From a virus (lineage: Duplodnaviria; Caudoviricetes): 64,000 bases of DNA. The notes under the pieces were generated by a model. It saw only the letters and a program-made list of their open reading frames with translations, was not told the DNA's origin and ran no database searches. Below are positions 9,032 through 17,322 of the stretch, in pieces; position 1 is the first letter of the stretch, and every line of letters begins with the position of its first letter. The stretch lies in IMG/VR virus record IMGVR_UViG_2795386107_000001, positions 1 to 64,000 of that record; one strand, given 5' to 3'. The position numbers were made by a program, and so were the translations under genes.

Positions 9032-10023
9032 GCCGCAATAGCGCCTCGGGCAGTGTCCGCGTAAAACGGCGGACGCCGTTCGTCATCATCGAGTCGGCGA
9101 CCGCCCGCGACACACGCCTGAGCTACCGCGAACTCGGGTTGCTGACCTACCTCCTGGACCAGAGCGAGGACTGGCAGGTCCGTTCGGAGCAGCTCTCCCA
9201 GGGCGAGGGACGCGAAGGCCGTGACGCCGTCCGTAAGTCCCTTCACAGACTTGCGGCCTGCGGGTACTACCGCCTTGAGCGGCGTCGCTTCCGCAACGGC
9301 AAGACCGCCATGGGCACGGCCATCTCCGACCATCCCGTCGAGCAGTGGGCCACCGACTACGTGACGTTCGGCAACAAGCTCGATATCCCCGTGGTGGAAC
9401 AGGAAGACGGCACCTTCTGCGTGAAGTACGCGGACGGCACCCTCGGTAGCGACGGGTTCGACGTGGCCCCCGAGGACGTTGAGCCCCCAGCCGAGGAGGA
9501 GCCGGAGGAGGAACCAGCCGCTGGTGAACCGGAGCCCTCGGCCGCCGCGCCAAAGGACACCTCCACGACGCAGCCCGCCAAGAAGACGTCCACCCAGAAG
9601 ACCGCGGCACAGGAGAAGGCGGCCACGGCCGAGGAGAAGGCCGCGCAGGAGAAGGCCGCCGACGCGGCTGCTCGCAAGGTCGCCACTTGGTGGTGGGACC
9701 ACGCCGAGAAGCACCTAGGCAAGTACGTCGGCCAACGTGGCGGATTCATGGCCGTCGTAGCCATGGTCCGGCGCGCGCTGGACGCGGGCTACAGCCAACA
9801 GGAATGCGCGAAGGCACTTCAGCACGCCCGAAAACACTTCCCCGCCGCACAGCAGTGGCAGGACGCCCTTGGCGTGGTCACCAACCACATCCAGCCGCAG
9901 CAGCGCAGCGGACGCATTCCGTACAGCGACTCGGCGACCTGGGGCACGACGAACGACGCCCCGAGCCAGACCCCGACTGACGACGCAGACGACGCCACCT
10001 TCGGCGTGGTCGCCCGCCTGTAA
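9028..10023 (+). CDS. Phage replication initiator (N-terminal wHTH)
   Basis: FVIIE...RDTRLSYRELGLLTYLL...EGRDAVRKSL..L...GY; followed by a DnaC-like ATPase. Confidence 0.8.
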   Translation: MSRNSASGSVRVKRRTPFVIIESATARDTRLSYRELGLLTYLLDQSEDWQVRSEQLSQGEGREGRDAVRKSLHRLAACGYYRLERRRFRNGKTAMGTAISDHPVEQWATDYVTFGNKLDIPVVEQEDGTFCVKYADGTLGSDGFDVAPEDVEPPAEEEPEEEPAAGEPEPSAAAPKDTSTTQPAKKTSTQKTAAQEKAATAEEKAAQEKAADAAARKVATWWWDHAEKHLGKYVGQRGGFMAVVAMVRRALDAGYSQQECAKALQHARKHFPAAQQWQDALGVVTNHIQPQQRSGRIPYSDSATWGTTNDAPSQTPTDDADDATFGVVARL

Positions 10024-10035
10024 GGAGCGTGACCG

Positions 10036-10857
10036 ATGTCTCTCACTACGGACGCCCCGGCGATCCCTGCCCCTGCCCGCGGTCTCAACGCGCTCGGCGA
10101 CCTCAGCGAGCACGTTCTCAGCGTGCTCAAGAGGGGCGGCGCGGACCTGTCCCAACTCGGTGTCCCCGCACAGCCGGAACCAGAAGACGGTCTGTGGGAG
10201 GACGTAAGCGTGCCGCAGGCCCGCGTCCGCCGCGACGTATGGAGGAACAGCATGCTGGACGCCGCGCACCACGAGTACCTGCACTTCCGGTTCGAGCACC
10301 TGGACCCGAACCAGAAGCCGAACACGCTGCGGAACTGGCTCGGCTCCCTGGTGGAGGCGAAGAAGCGCAAGGCGCGGCCCGAGGTCCTGAACCTGATCGT
10401 GCCCGGGAACATCGGCAGCGGTAAGACGGCCGCGGTTTGCGCGCTGGGCAACGAGGCGTCCGAGCAGGGCCTGGTCGTGCGCTTCGTGAAGCACGCCACC
10501 TACCTGACGTGGCGTCGCCCGGACTCCGCCCCGCACAACCTGACCGCACATCAGGTGCGGGAGCGGTTCGTCACCTGCGACCTGCTCGTCCTCGACGAAC
10601 TGTGCGGCGAGATGGACATGACCGCCACGGAGTTCGCCCGCAAGGAGACCATCGACCTGATCGACTCCCGGCTGGCTGCCGGCCGTGCAACGGCGTTCTC
10701 GACGAATCTCCGCAGCCGTAGTCAGCCGGGCAGCCCCGGCCTCGGCGTGGTCGACATCCTCGGAGAGCGGTTGCTGTCGCGGCTCGAAGCCTCTGCCCAC
10801 CTGCTGAAGATCACGGGCGCGGACCGGCGGAAGCCCCTCAAACCCCTCGACTGGTAG
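10036..10857 (+). CDS. DnaC/IstB-like AAA+ ATPase (helicase loader)
   Basis: Walker A GNIGSGKT, Walker B LLVLDEL, STNL, R.LSRL, GADRR. Confidence 0.9.
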   Translation: MSLTTDAPAIPAPARGLNALGDLSEHVLSVLKRGGADLSQLGVPAQPEPEDGLWEDVSVPQARVRRDVWRNSMLDAAHHEYLHFRFEHLDPNQKPNTLRNWLGSLVEAKKRKARPEVLNLIVPGNIGSGKTAAVCALGNEASEQGLVVRFVKHATYLTWRRPDSAPHNLTAHQVRERFVTCDLLVLDELCGEMDMTATEFARKETIDLIDSRLAAGRATAFSTNLRSRSQPGSPGLGVVDILGERLLSRLEASAHLLKITGADRRKPLKPLDW

Positions 10858-11003
10858 CCATCTCGAACTTCCCCAGCCGATAGCCGAACTGACATGGCGT
10901 GAGCAAGTCAGCGCGAGAGATCAAAAGACGCTATATCGTTTAGTCGACCCGGAAGGCCATGAGCATAAGCCGACCGGGAAGGCCCGAACGAAGGGATGGT
11001 GTC

Positions 11004-12209
11004 TTGCCGAAGGTGTCGTTTTTCCGCGCCCGCCGGGGCAGCGAGCAGAAGCCGACAAAGCTGCTCAACGAGTCCGGGGTGCCGCCGTTTACCCGCTGGG
11101 AGCGCTTCGGTGCCAGCTTGACCGCAGTGGGTGGGGCCGCCGTTGGAGGCCTCGGCTTCTACGCATCGTTCGACGCCGTGTCGACCGCCGCCGCATCCTG
11201 GGGCTTCACGGAGCCGTGGGTCCTTCCTACCGCCATTGACTCGGCCATCCCGGTGTTCACCGGGGCATACCTCTTCCTGATCCGTATGGGTATGCCGCTC
11301 GCCTGGGCGCGGATCGTCCCCTGGACTCTGAGCCTGATCACCTGCGCGCTGAACGTCGCGGCTGGCAGCTCATTGTGGTCCAAAGTTGCGCACGGCTCCA
11401 TGTCCCTGCTCTGGGTTGCCGTCTCTGAAATCGCCGCGCACATCTACGCCGTCCGGATTGGTGCCGCCACCGGGCGTCAACTCATGGACAAGGTCAGGTG
11501 GGCTCGCTGGTTCCTCTCGCCGCTGGCTACCTTCCTGCTCTGGCGTCGTATGAAGCTGTGGGAGCTGACGTCGTACGACGACGCGCTCGACCTGGAGCAG
11601 GAGCGACTCGTCTACCAGGCGCTGCTCCGCGGCCGGTTCGGGCGGGCGTGGCGCAGGAAGGCTCCGGTCGAGTCGCTGCTGCCGCTACAACTCGTCCGCC
11701 GCGGTGTCCCGCTTGTCGAGACGGCTGCCAGCGGTCTTCGCGCGGCAGGCATCGAGCCCACGGGCATCTTCGCTCGGCCGCCGGCCGCGCCGGTCGAGGA
11801 GGTGACGGCGCTCCCGGCCGCGGCCCCGGCCACGACACCCGCCCCAGTCCTGGCTCCGACGGTTCCGGTGGCCGCCAACAAGCCGCGCGCGGTCAGGGCC
11901 TCCGTGCCCCCGCAGTCGCCGCCGCGGAACCAGCAGCAGTGGAGCATCCCGCAGTGGAGCACTGAGGATGAGCTGTACGAGATCATCAAGGACGTCCTGG
12001 ACAACGGGCACCGGGAGGCCTTCAGGGGACCGCTGACCGGCAAGGCGATCGGGCTAGTCCTCGGCAAACACGAGGGCGAGGGCCGTAAGGTCCGTGGCCG
12101 CCTCATCAAGACCTACGCCGCGACGAAGGGCATCAGCATCCCGGACAAGGCCACCATTGGCGAGATCTTCGCGCTGTTCGGCCAGGCACTGACGCCAGTC
12201 AACCCGTAA
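11004..12209 (+). CDS. DUF2637 / SpdB-like multi-pass membrane protein
   Basis: Four hydrophobic segments, GFYASFDAV, LPTAID, RWFLSPLATFLLWRRMKLWE; TTG start inferred from RBS. Confidence 0.75.
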   Translation: MPKVSFFRARRGSEQKPTKLLNESGVPPFTRWERFGASLTAVGGAAVGGLGFYASFDAVSTAAASWGFTEPWVLPTAIDSAIPVFTGAYLFLIRMGMPLAWARIVPWTLSLITCALNVAAGSSLWSKVAHGSMSLLWVAVSEIAAHIYAVRIGAATGRQLMDKVRWARWFLSPLATFLLWRRMKLWELTSYDDALDLEQERLVYQALLRGRFGRAWRRKAPVESLLPLQLVRRGVPLVETAASGLRAAGIEPTGIFARPPAAPVEEVTALPAAAPATTPAPVLAPTVPVAANKPRAVRASVPPQSPPRNQQQWSIPQWSTEDELYEIIKDVLDNGHREAFRGPLTGKAIGLVLGKHEGEGRKVRGRLIKTYAATKGISIPDKATIGEIFALFGQALTPVNP

Positions 12210-12232
12210 GGCATCCTGCCTCTACCCGTACC
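12205..12232 (+). promoter_or_regulatory. Third putative ECF-type promoter (CGTAAG-N16-CGTACC)
   Basis: cgtaag-gcatcctgcctctacc-cgtacc, one mismatch to the GTAAC core. Confidence 0.5.
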
Positions 12233-12287
12233 GAAGCGGCGGGCTCCCCTCCTGGGGTGCCCGCCGCCTGCATGATCGGACCCTTCC

Positions 12288-12701
12288 ATGACACCGGAGA
12301 TCCTGGCCCGGATCGCCGCCGCCCGTGCTGCCCGCGACCTTTCCGACCTGGCCCGGCAGGCGGTTGGCATGACAGCCGAGACGACCGGCGTCACCGAACG
12401 AATCGCGAGCGCCCGCCGCCTGCGCCAGATGGTGAACGAGTACGTCGACCGGGTCGTCCTGGCCGAGGTACTGGCCGGCGCCGACTGGGCGGAGGTCGCT
12501 CAGGCGCTCAGCCGCCGCGACCCGGGCACGGTGGAGGCAGAGTACGCCGACGCCGTGGCGGAGTGGAGCGCGCTCACCGAGGACGAAGCCAACGAGGCGG
12601 CCGCCGGCGTCGAGGACCTGGACGACTGGTACGCCCGGCACCGCGAGGATCACGACCCTGACCTCGAAAAACCCGTCGCTGATCTGTTGAACAGGCATTG
12701 A
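12288..12701 (+). CDS. Hypothetical protein
   Basis: 137-aa helical ORF with normal composition. Confidence 0.7.
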   Translation: MTPEILARIAAARAARDLSDLARQAVGMTAETTGVTERIASARRLRQMVNEYVDRVVLAEVLAGADWAEVAQALSRRDPGTVEAEYADAVAEWSALTEDEANEAAAGVEDLDDWYARHREDHDPDLEKPVADLLNRH

Positions 12702-12724
12702 GTCGGGCCTTCGTACGGGTAGAC

Positions 12725-12741
12725 TAGTACAGCAATGAGAC
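12725..12741 (-). promoter_or_regulatory. 17-bp operator-like site, copy 2 (inverted)
   Basis: tagtacagcaatgagac, the reverse complement of 7912-7928. Confidence 0.65.
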
Positions 12742-12815
12742 CAGCGAGAGCTTAGCGCTGTCGCTGACTCATCCTGCGCGGGAGAGCAACCCGCGGGCCC
12801 GAACGAAGGAACACG

Positions 12816-14513
12816 ATGCCTGGTATCACCACGCCCCAGCGCGAGCGCAGATCACGCAAGCCGACCGGTCTCCCGAACCCGCCCATGATCGTGCTGTGCG
12901 GACCCGAGAAGTGCGGCAAGAGCTACGAGGCCGCCCTCGGCACGGCATCCGACCTGGTCGGCATGACGTACTGGATCGAGGTGGGCGGGTCCGAGGGTAC
13001 GGCCGACTACTACGGCCGGATTCCCGGAGCCCGGTACGAGATCGTCGAGCATGAGGGCACCTACCAGGACATCCTCGACGCGGTTCGATGGGTCATCGCT
13101 CAGCCCCGGGTCAACGGCAAGCCCAACATGATCGTGGTGGACAACGGCACGAACATGTGGGACATGCTCAGCGACGAGCAGGCCCTGTTCGCCCGGCGGC
13201 GGGCCGTGCGCAAGGCACAGGACAACCGGCGTCGGGCCCCTTCGCTGGACGACCCGGTCGTCGTCGACGCGGACCTGTGGAACCGGGCCAAGGACCGCTG
13301 GGGCGAGTTCTTGTGGCTGCTCCGTCGGCACTCCGGCCCCGTGGTGATCATCGCCCGTCAGGAGATCGTCACGGCGTTCGAGAACGACAAGCCCACGCGC
13401 AACACCACCCGGAAGATCAAGGCGGAGAAGAACCTCCCGGCCGCGGTCGACGCCATCGTGGAGCTTCACAGCCTGGGCGAGGCGTACCTGACTGGTGTGC
13501 GAACCCTGCACTGGGACGTCAAGCCCGGTGAGACGGTCCCGTTCCCGGACTTCTCTATCGACACCCTCTTGCGTCGGCTCGGGTTCGAGGAGGCAGCCGC
13601 CGTCCGGCAGGTCACCGAGGCCCGGCCCGAGGCGTACCTGCAGGAGCAGGACGACCAGCGCGCCCAGCAGCGGCAGCCCTCCCCGCAGCAGGCACCGGCC
13701 CGGCAGCAATCCGGGCACCCGTCGGGCCTGACGGGGGAGCGGGCCGTGGAGCTGGTCTACAAGGCCCTCAAGGACGAAAACAACCCGGAGGCGTGCCTGC
13801 ACGCCATCCGTGAGGAGTGGGGCATCCGCACCCTTCGGCAGATCCGCACTCGTACGAAGCTGTGGGGCGAGATGAACGCGGACGCTCTGATCACCAAGTC
13901 TCTCGCGTACATCAAGGAGCAGGCGGAGCAGCGCAAGAACGCCGCCGGCGGAGGGAAGCCGGCCGGGCCCAGCACCCCGCCGCCCGGTCAGGGGGAGCAG
14001 GAGCAGGCGCGCGAGCACCACGAGCCCCCGGCCCAGCCGCAGACCCCCAGCGAGCCGGGCACCGAGCAGGCGCCGCCGGACGAGAACGACGCGCCCCCGC
14101 CGCCGGACCCGCAGGCCGAGGAGCCCCCGCCCGCGGAGTCCGCGGAGGACACCAGCGCGGCCGAGGAGCCGCAGGACCTCCCGCCCCAGCGCGCCGCCAA
14201 GGCCGCCCCATCCCGGAAGAAGGACGACCCGAAGCAGATCGCGTACCAGGCTCTGCTCGACGAAGCCGAGGTTCAGGCCCGGGTGAAGTTCACTACCGTG
14301 GGTGAGCATCTGGGGCCGGTCACCGAGGTCGGAGAACCCGGCCTCGGGCAGCTCCGGGACTACATCCAGGCCCACCGCGCCGAGGTCATCACTCTCCTGG
14401 AGGAGGCCGACGAACCCGCGCTCGCCGATCTCTACCGCAGGGCGCCGATGCCGGATCTCGGCATCAAGAAGAAGTTCGCCGACTACTTCGACCGCGCGCC
14501 CTCCCGGCAGTGA
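12816..14513 (+). CDS. AAA_24 / Sak4-like ATPase (putative recombinase) with long Pro/Gln-rich extension
   Basis: Walker A GPEKCGKS, Walker B IVVDN, VIIARQ, AEKNLPAAVD. Confidence 0.8.
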   Translation: MPGITTPQRERRSRKPTGLPNPPMIVLCGPEKCGKSYEAALGTASDLVGMTYWIEVGGSEGTADYYGRIPGARYEIVEHEGTYQDILDAVRWVIAQPRVNGKPNMIVVDNGTNMWDMLSDEQALFARRRAVRKAQDNRRRAPSLDDPVVVDADLWNRAKDRWGEFLWLLRRHSGPVVIIARQEIVTAFENDKPTRNTTRKIKAEKNLPAAVDAIVELHSLGEAYLTGVRTLHWDVKPGETVPFPDFSIDTLLRRLGFEEAAAVRQVTEARPEAYLQEQDDQRAQQRQPSPQQAPARQQSGHPSGLTGERAVELVYKALKDENNPEACLHAIREEWGIRTLRQIRTRTKLWGEMNADALITKSLAYIKEQAEQRKNAAGGGKPAGPSTPPPGQGEQEQAREHHEPPAQPQTPSEPGTEQAPPDENDAPPPPDPQAEEPPPAESAEDTSAAEEPQDLPPQRAAKAAPSRKKDDPKQIAYQALLDEAEVQARVKFTTVGEHLGPVTEVGEPGLGQLRDYIQAHRAEVITLLEEADEPALADLYRRAPMPDLGIKKKFADYFDRAPSRQ

Positions 14514-15247
14514 GGTGACGTGAGGTGACGCGCGCCCGGGACCGCTCGGGCGCGCCCACCGCTCTGCGTGGCCTCCCCGTGCTCGTCACCTCACCTCACC
14601 TCAAGGGGCGCGCCGCGCGGCTCGCACTCGCCTGCAGGCGCGCCCTGGGCCGGTGGCCGGCGCGCCCGTGATCGCCGCCCGAGGCGCACCCGCGCCGCGC
14701 GCCGCGCTCCCTCGACCGCGCGCCTTCCCCACGGTGGCGCGCCCCGGCCTGGCGCGCCACGGGCTGATCTTGGCGCGCCCTCAGCCGCGCGCATGCGCCC
14801 GCGCGGGCCAGGCGCGCCCCGATCTGGCACGCGGCGCTCCCGCCTTGCCGCGCCGCGCGCCGCACCGATCTGAGACGAGCGCGCGCCGCGCCCCGTGCCC
14901 GCGCGGCATCGCGCGCCGCCGGGGGCGCGCCCCACCTTTCGGGAGGCGCGCGCCCTGTGACCTGCGAATTCGCCGACGGCGCGCCCCCTTCCCCGGTGGG
15001 TGCGCGCCTGCCCGCGCGAGTGATCAACAACGGTTGGCGCGGCGCGCGGGCTGGCTGGGCGCGGCCCTCGAGCGCGCGCCCTCGACGTGGAGCGGGGCGC
15101 GGCCGCGCGGTCAGGTTCCGCGCGCTGGTTCCCTCGAGCGCGCGGGCTCGGCGCGCTCGCGCTCGTGGTCGAGGCGCGCCCGGAGACGACGAAGGGCGCG
15201 CCGCTGGGCGCGCCCTCTTCGGTGTTCCGGCCTGTTGCCGCGCGCCT
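14514..15247. repeat. GCGCGC-dense intergenic tract
   Basis: About 28 GCGCGC hexamers counted by eye in ~720 bp between convergent genes. Confidence 0.8.
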
Positions 15248-16072
15248 CTACGGCGCGCGCTTCGTCGTGGCTCGGCGGACCGCGCGCGCGTCCCGGCGCG
15301 CTTCCCGCTTCCCCTCCTGCAACTCTGCACGCACCTGGTGCAGGAGGCTCGACAGCTCCTCGGGGTGCTTGTCGCCGAGGAGGCGAAGCGCACGCAGCCG
15401 TACGTTCGGCTCGCTCGGCATCCGGCCGTAGCGCGCCTCGGCGTACTGGATTGCGTACCGCAGGAAGCGCTGTTCTGCAGCGGCCCGGTCGCGGAGACCA
15501 CGGACACGGGCGTCGTGCGCCTTACGGCTCTCGTCGGGCGCGGCCGCCGGCAGGAACCGGCCCGGCTCCTCCGCCATCAGGCGGCAGACCTCGTCCGCCC
15601 TGGCCGCTACCCTCGGTGACCGAAAGGCGAGGGCCTGCACCCGCCGCGGCACTGGTCCCGTGACCGGCTCGTCGAGGACGAACGCCGTCCACCGCCGGGT
15701 GAACGTCTCGTCGTCGAGCGCTGCAAGGTGCTTGGCCTCCTCGTGCGCCAGGTCCTCGACGACGTCCTGATACGGACGCATGGCCGCCTGCAGGCTGGCA
15801 CGGAACGGTGCGATGCGGGCCGCCTGCTGCTTCCTGCTCTCGCCCTCCTGGAGAGGCAGGAAGGTGCGGGCCCGCTTGATGGCCAGCTCCAGCGCATCAA
15901 GGGTCCGCGGTGCCATCTGGGGCGCGGCCAACGCGGCGGCCTGGACGTCGTGCGGGGCGTCGCGCTTGTCGGGGGCCCCCGTGATGTGGCGGACAACCGC
16001 GTTCATGAACTCGTCGGGCCCCATGCCCGACAGGCGCTTGATCGCCGCCTCGACCTCGTGCGCTTCGGCCAT
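15248..16072 (-). CDS. Hypothetical protein with two tandem ~95-aa repeats
   Basis: GGAGG RBS; VQAAALAAP..FLP..ESRK..AR duplicated as VQALAFRSP..FLP..ESRK..AR. Confidence 0.8.
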   Translation of the reverse strand: MAEAHEVEAAIKRLSGMGPDEFMNAVVRHITGAPDKRDAPHDVQAAALAAPQMAPRTLDALELAIKRARTFLPLQEGESRKQQAARIAPFRASLQAAMRPYQDVVEDLAHEEAKHLAALDDETFTRRWTAFVLDEPVTGPVPRRVQALAFRSPRVAARADEVCRLMAEEPGRFLPAAAPDESRKAHDARVRGLRDRAAAEQRFLRYAIQYAEARYGRMPSEPNVRLRALRLLGDKHPEELSSLLHQVRAELQEGKREARRDARAVRRATTKRAP

Positions 16073-16149
16073 GCGGTCTGTTCCTCCGGTTCGGGTCGGG
16101 CCCGCTGCTCTCGGGCCTAAAGTGCGCGTCGTGCCTGCTGGGGCAGCAA

Positions 16150-16353
16150 GAGGTGGCCGTACCGAGCCTTGCGACAGCGTGTGCCGGGTTCATCGCAGGA
16201 GCAACCACTCCCCGGCCCCGAGTGCTCTGCACGCACCCGGTGGTCTCGATGCACTTGTCAGGCGCGCCCTGGGGAAGGAACACCGCGGTGTCTCTGAACC
16301 CAACGCCTGACGGCAGTCTCAACGCTTTGTCGCGGCAGCGATACAGCCACCTC
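16150..16353 (-). ncRNA. Candidate structured ncRNA (~200 nt)
   Basis: Terminal 15-bp helix GAGGUGGCUGUAUCG/CGGUACGGCCACCUC (G-U pairs only on the minus strand) plus at least five further helices. Confidence 0.6.
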
Positions 16354-16402
16354 GAGTGCTGATGGTACCCGCCGGCGGAGGGCCGGACGGGCGTCGTCGC
16401 TC

Positions 16403-16723
16403 TTATTCGGCCTGCTGGGGCGTCCTCTTGGTCGTCAGGGCCTCGATCATCGGTGCGAGCTTGCTGGGCTTCCACAGAAGGTCGTAGCTGGTCTGGGAGG
16501 CGGCGAGGACGCCGAGGAGGGTGGCGGCCGTCAGCTTTCCGTGCTGGAACTGGTCCAGGCCCCCGTCGGCGCCGACGGCCGCGACACCGGCGATCAGCGC
16601 GGCCACGACCGCTACGACCTTCTTCCACTTCGCCGGCCAGGCCGGGCGCTGCACCACCGCGGTGAGAAGCGGGAGCACAGCGCCCACCTGGGCGCCGGTC
16701 GTCAGGGACTGCAGAGTGCTCAT
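16403..16723 (-). CDS. Holin
   Basis: 106 aa, three hydrophobic segments, GAVLPLLTAVVQRPAW actinophage holin-like pattern. Confidence 0.75.
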   Translation of the reverse strand: MSTLQSLTTGAQVGAVLPLLTAVVQRPAWPAKWKKVVAVVAALIAGVAAVGADGGLDQFQHGKLTAATLLGVLAASQTSYDLLWKPSKLAPMIEALTTKRTPQQAE

Positions 16724-16760
16724 GGGTCCTGCCCTTCATGCTGGGTTGCGTGTCGGGCGG

Positions 16761-16791
16761 ACTGTGCGCGGCGCCGGTGCCTTGCGTCGCG
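16761..16791 (-). promoter_or_regulatory. Late-type promoter motif before holin
   Basis: CGCGACGCAAG-N14-CACAGT. Confidence 0.7.
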
Positions 16792-16798
16792 TGCTCGC

Positions 16799-17209
16799 TC
16801 AGGTACCGGGCCCGTCGACCAGGTCCTCGGCGAGTTCGCGCGGCGGCGTGGGGGCGGGACGGTCGTACAGCTTGGCGACCAGGGCGCGGAGCTGGTGGAT
16901 GTATTCGACCGCCGCGGCCTTCCAGCGGCGCCACTGCCGCTGTTCCTCCTCCAGGCGCTCGACGCGGTTCTCCAGCGTGGTCACCCGCTCGAGGGTCTTG
17001 GCGTTCGTCTCGCGCTGCTGCTCCAGGAGCTTGGTGAAGCCCTCGGTCACGGTCTGGACGGACGCCACGAAGGTGTTGGCCTCCTGCGTCTGCGCGTCGC
17101 TGTCGGTCTTGCGCTTGTTCCCCCGGTACACCAGCCACGCCCCGCCCAGCACACCGGTCATGCCGAAGAAGGGGGAGAGGACAGGCGCCAGAGAGGTGAG
17201 CCACTCCAC
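16799..17209 (-). CDS. Single-TM coiled-coil membrane protein (lysis accessory)
   Basis: N-terminal TM, coiled coil, C-terminal PTPP; GGAGG RBS; adjacent to holin. Confidence 0.75.
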   Translation of the reverse strand: MEWLTSLAPVLSPFFGMTGVLGGAWLVYRGNKRKTDSDAQTQEANTFVASVQTVTEGFTKLLEQQRETNAKTLERVTTLENRVERLEEEQRQWRRWKAAAVEYIHQLRALVAKLYDRPAPTPPRELAEDLVDGPGT

Positions 17210-17291
17210 GGGGCGCCTCCTCGGTCATCGGTCGTCAGCTTGGGTGCGCGGGAGCCTGGGCCCGAAGGCCCGCGGCCCCCCGCAGCGCGGG

Positions 17292-17322
17292 ACCCTGCAT
17301 CACGGCGAACGCTTATGTCTCC
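17292..17322 (-). promoter_or_regulatory. Late-type promoter motif
   Basis: GGAGACATAAG-N14-CAGGGT. Confidence 0.5.

Noticed and set aside
14514-15247. CRISPR array interpretation of the GCGCGC tract
   Set aside because: Repeat is only 6-8 bp with irregular spacing and there are no cas genes
14568-15663. Arg/Ala/Pro-rich ORFs over the GCGCGC tract
   Set aside because: Open in several frames only because stops are scarce; no RBS or protein-like composition
16323-16333. CGCGACAAAGC as another late promoter
   Set aside because: One base short of the consensus, no CANNNT at the expected spacing, and it lies inside an RNA helix
16144-16361. tRNA interpretation of the structured RNA
   Set aside because: Too long, no T-loop GTTCRA in a cloverleaf context and no 7-bp acceptor geometry
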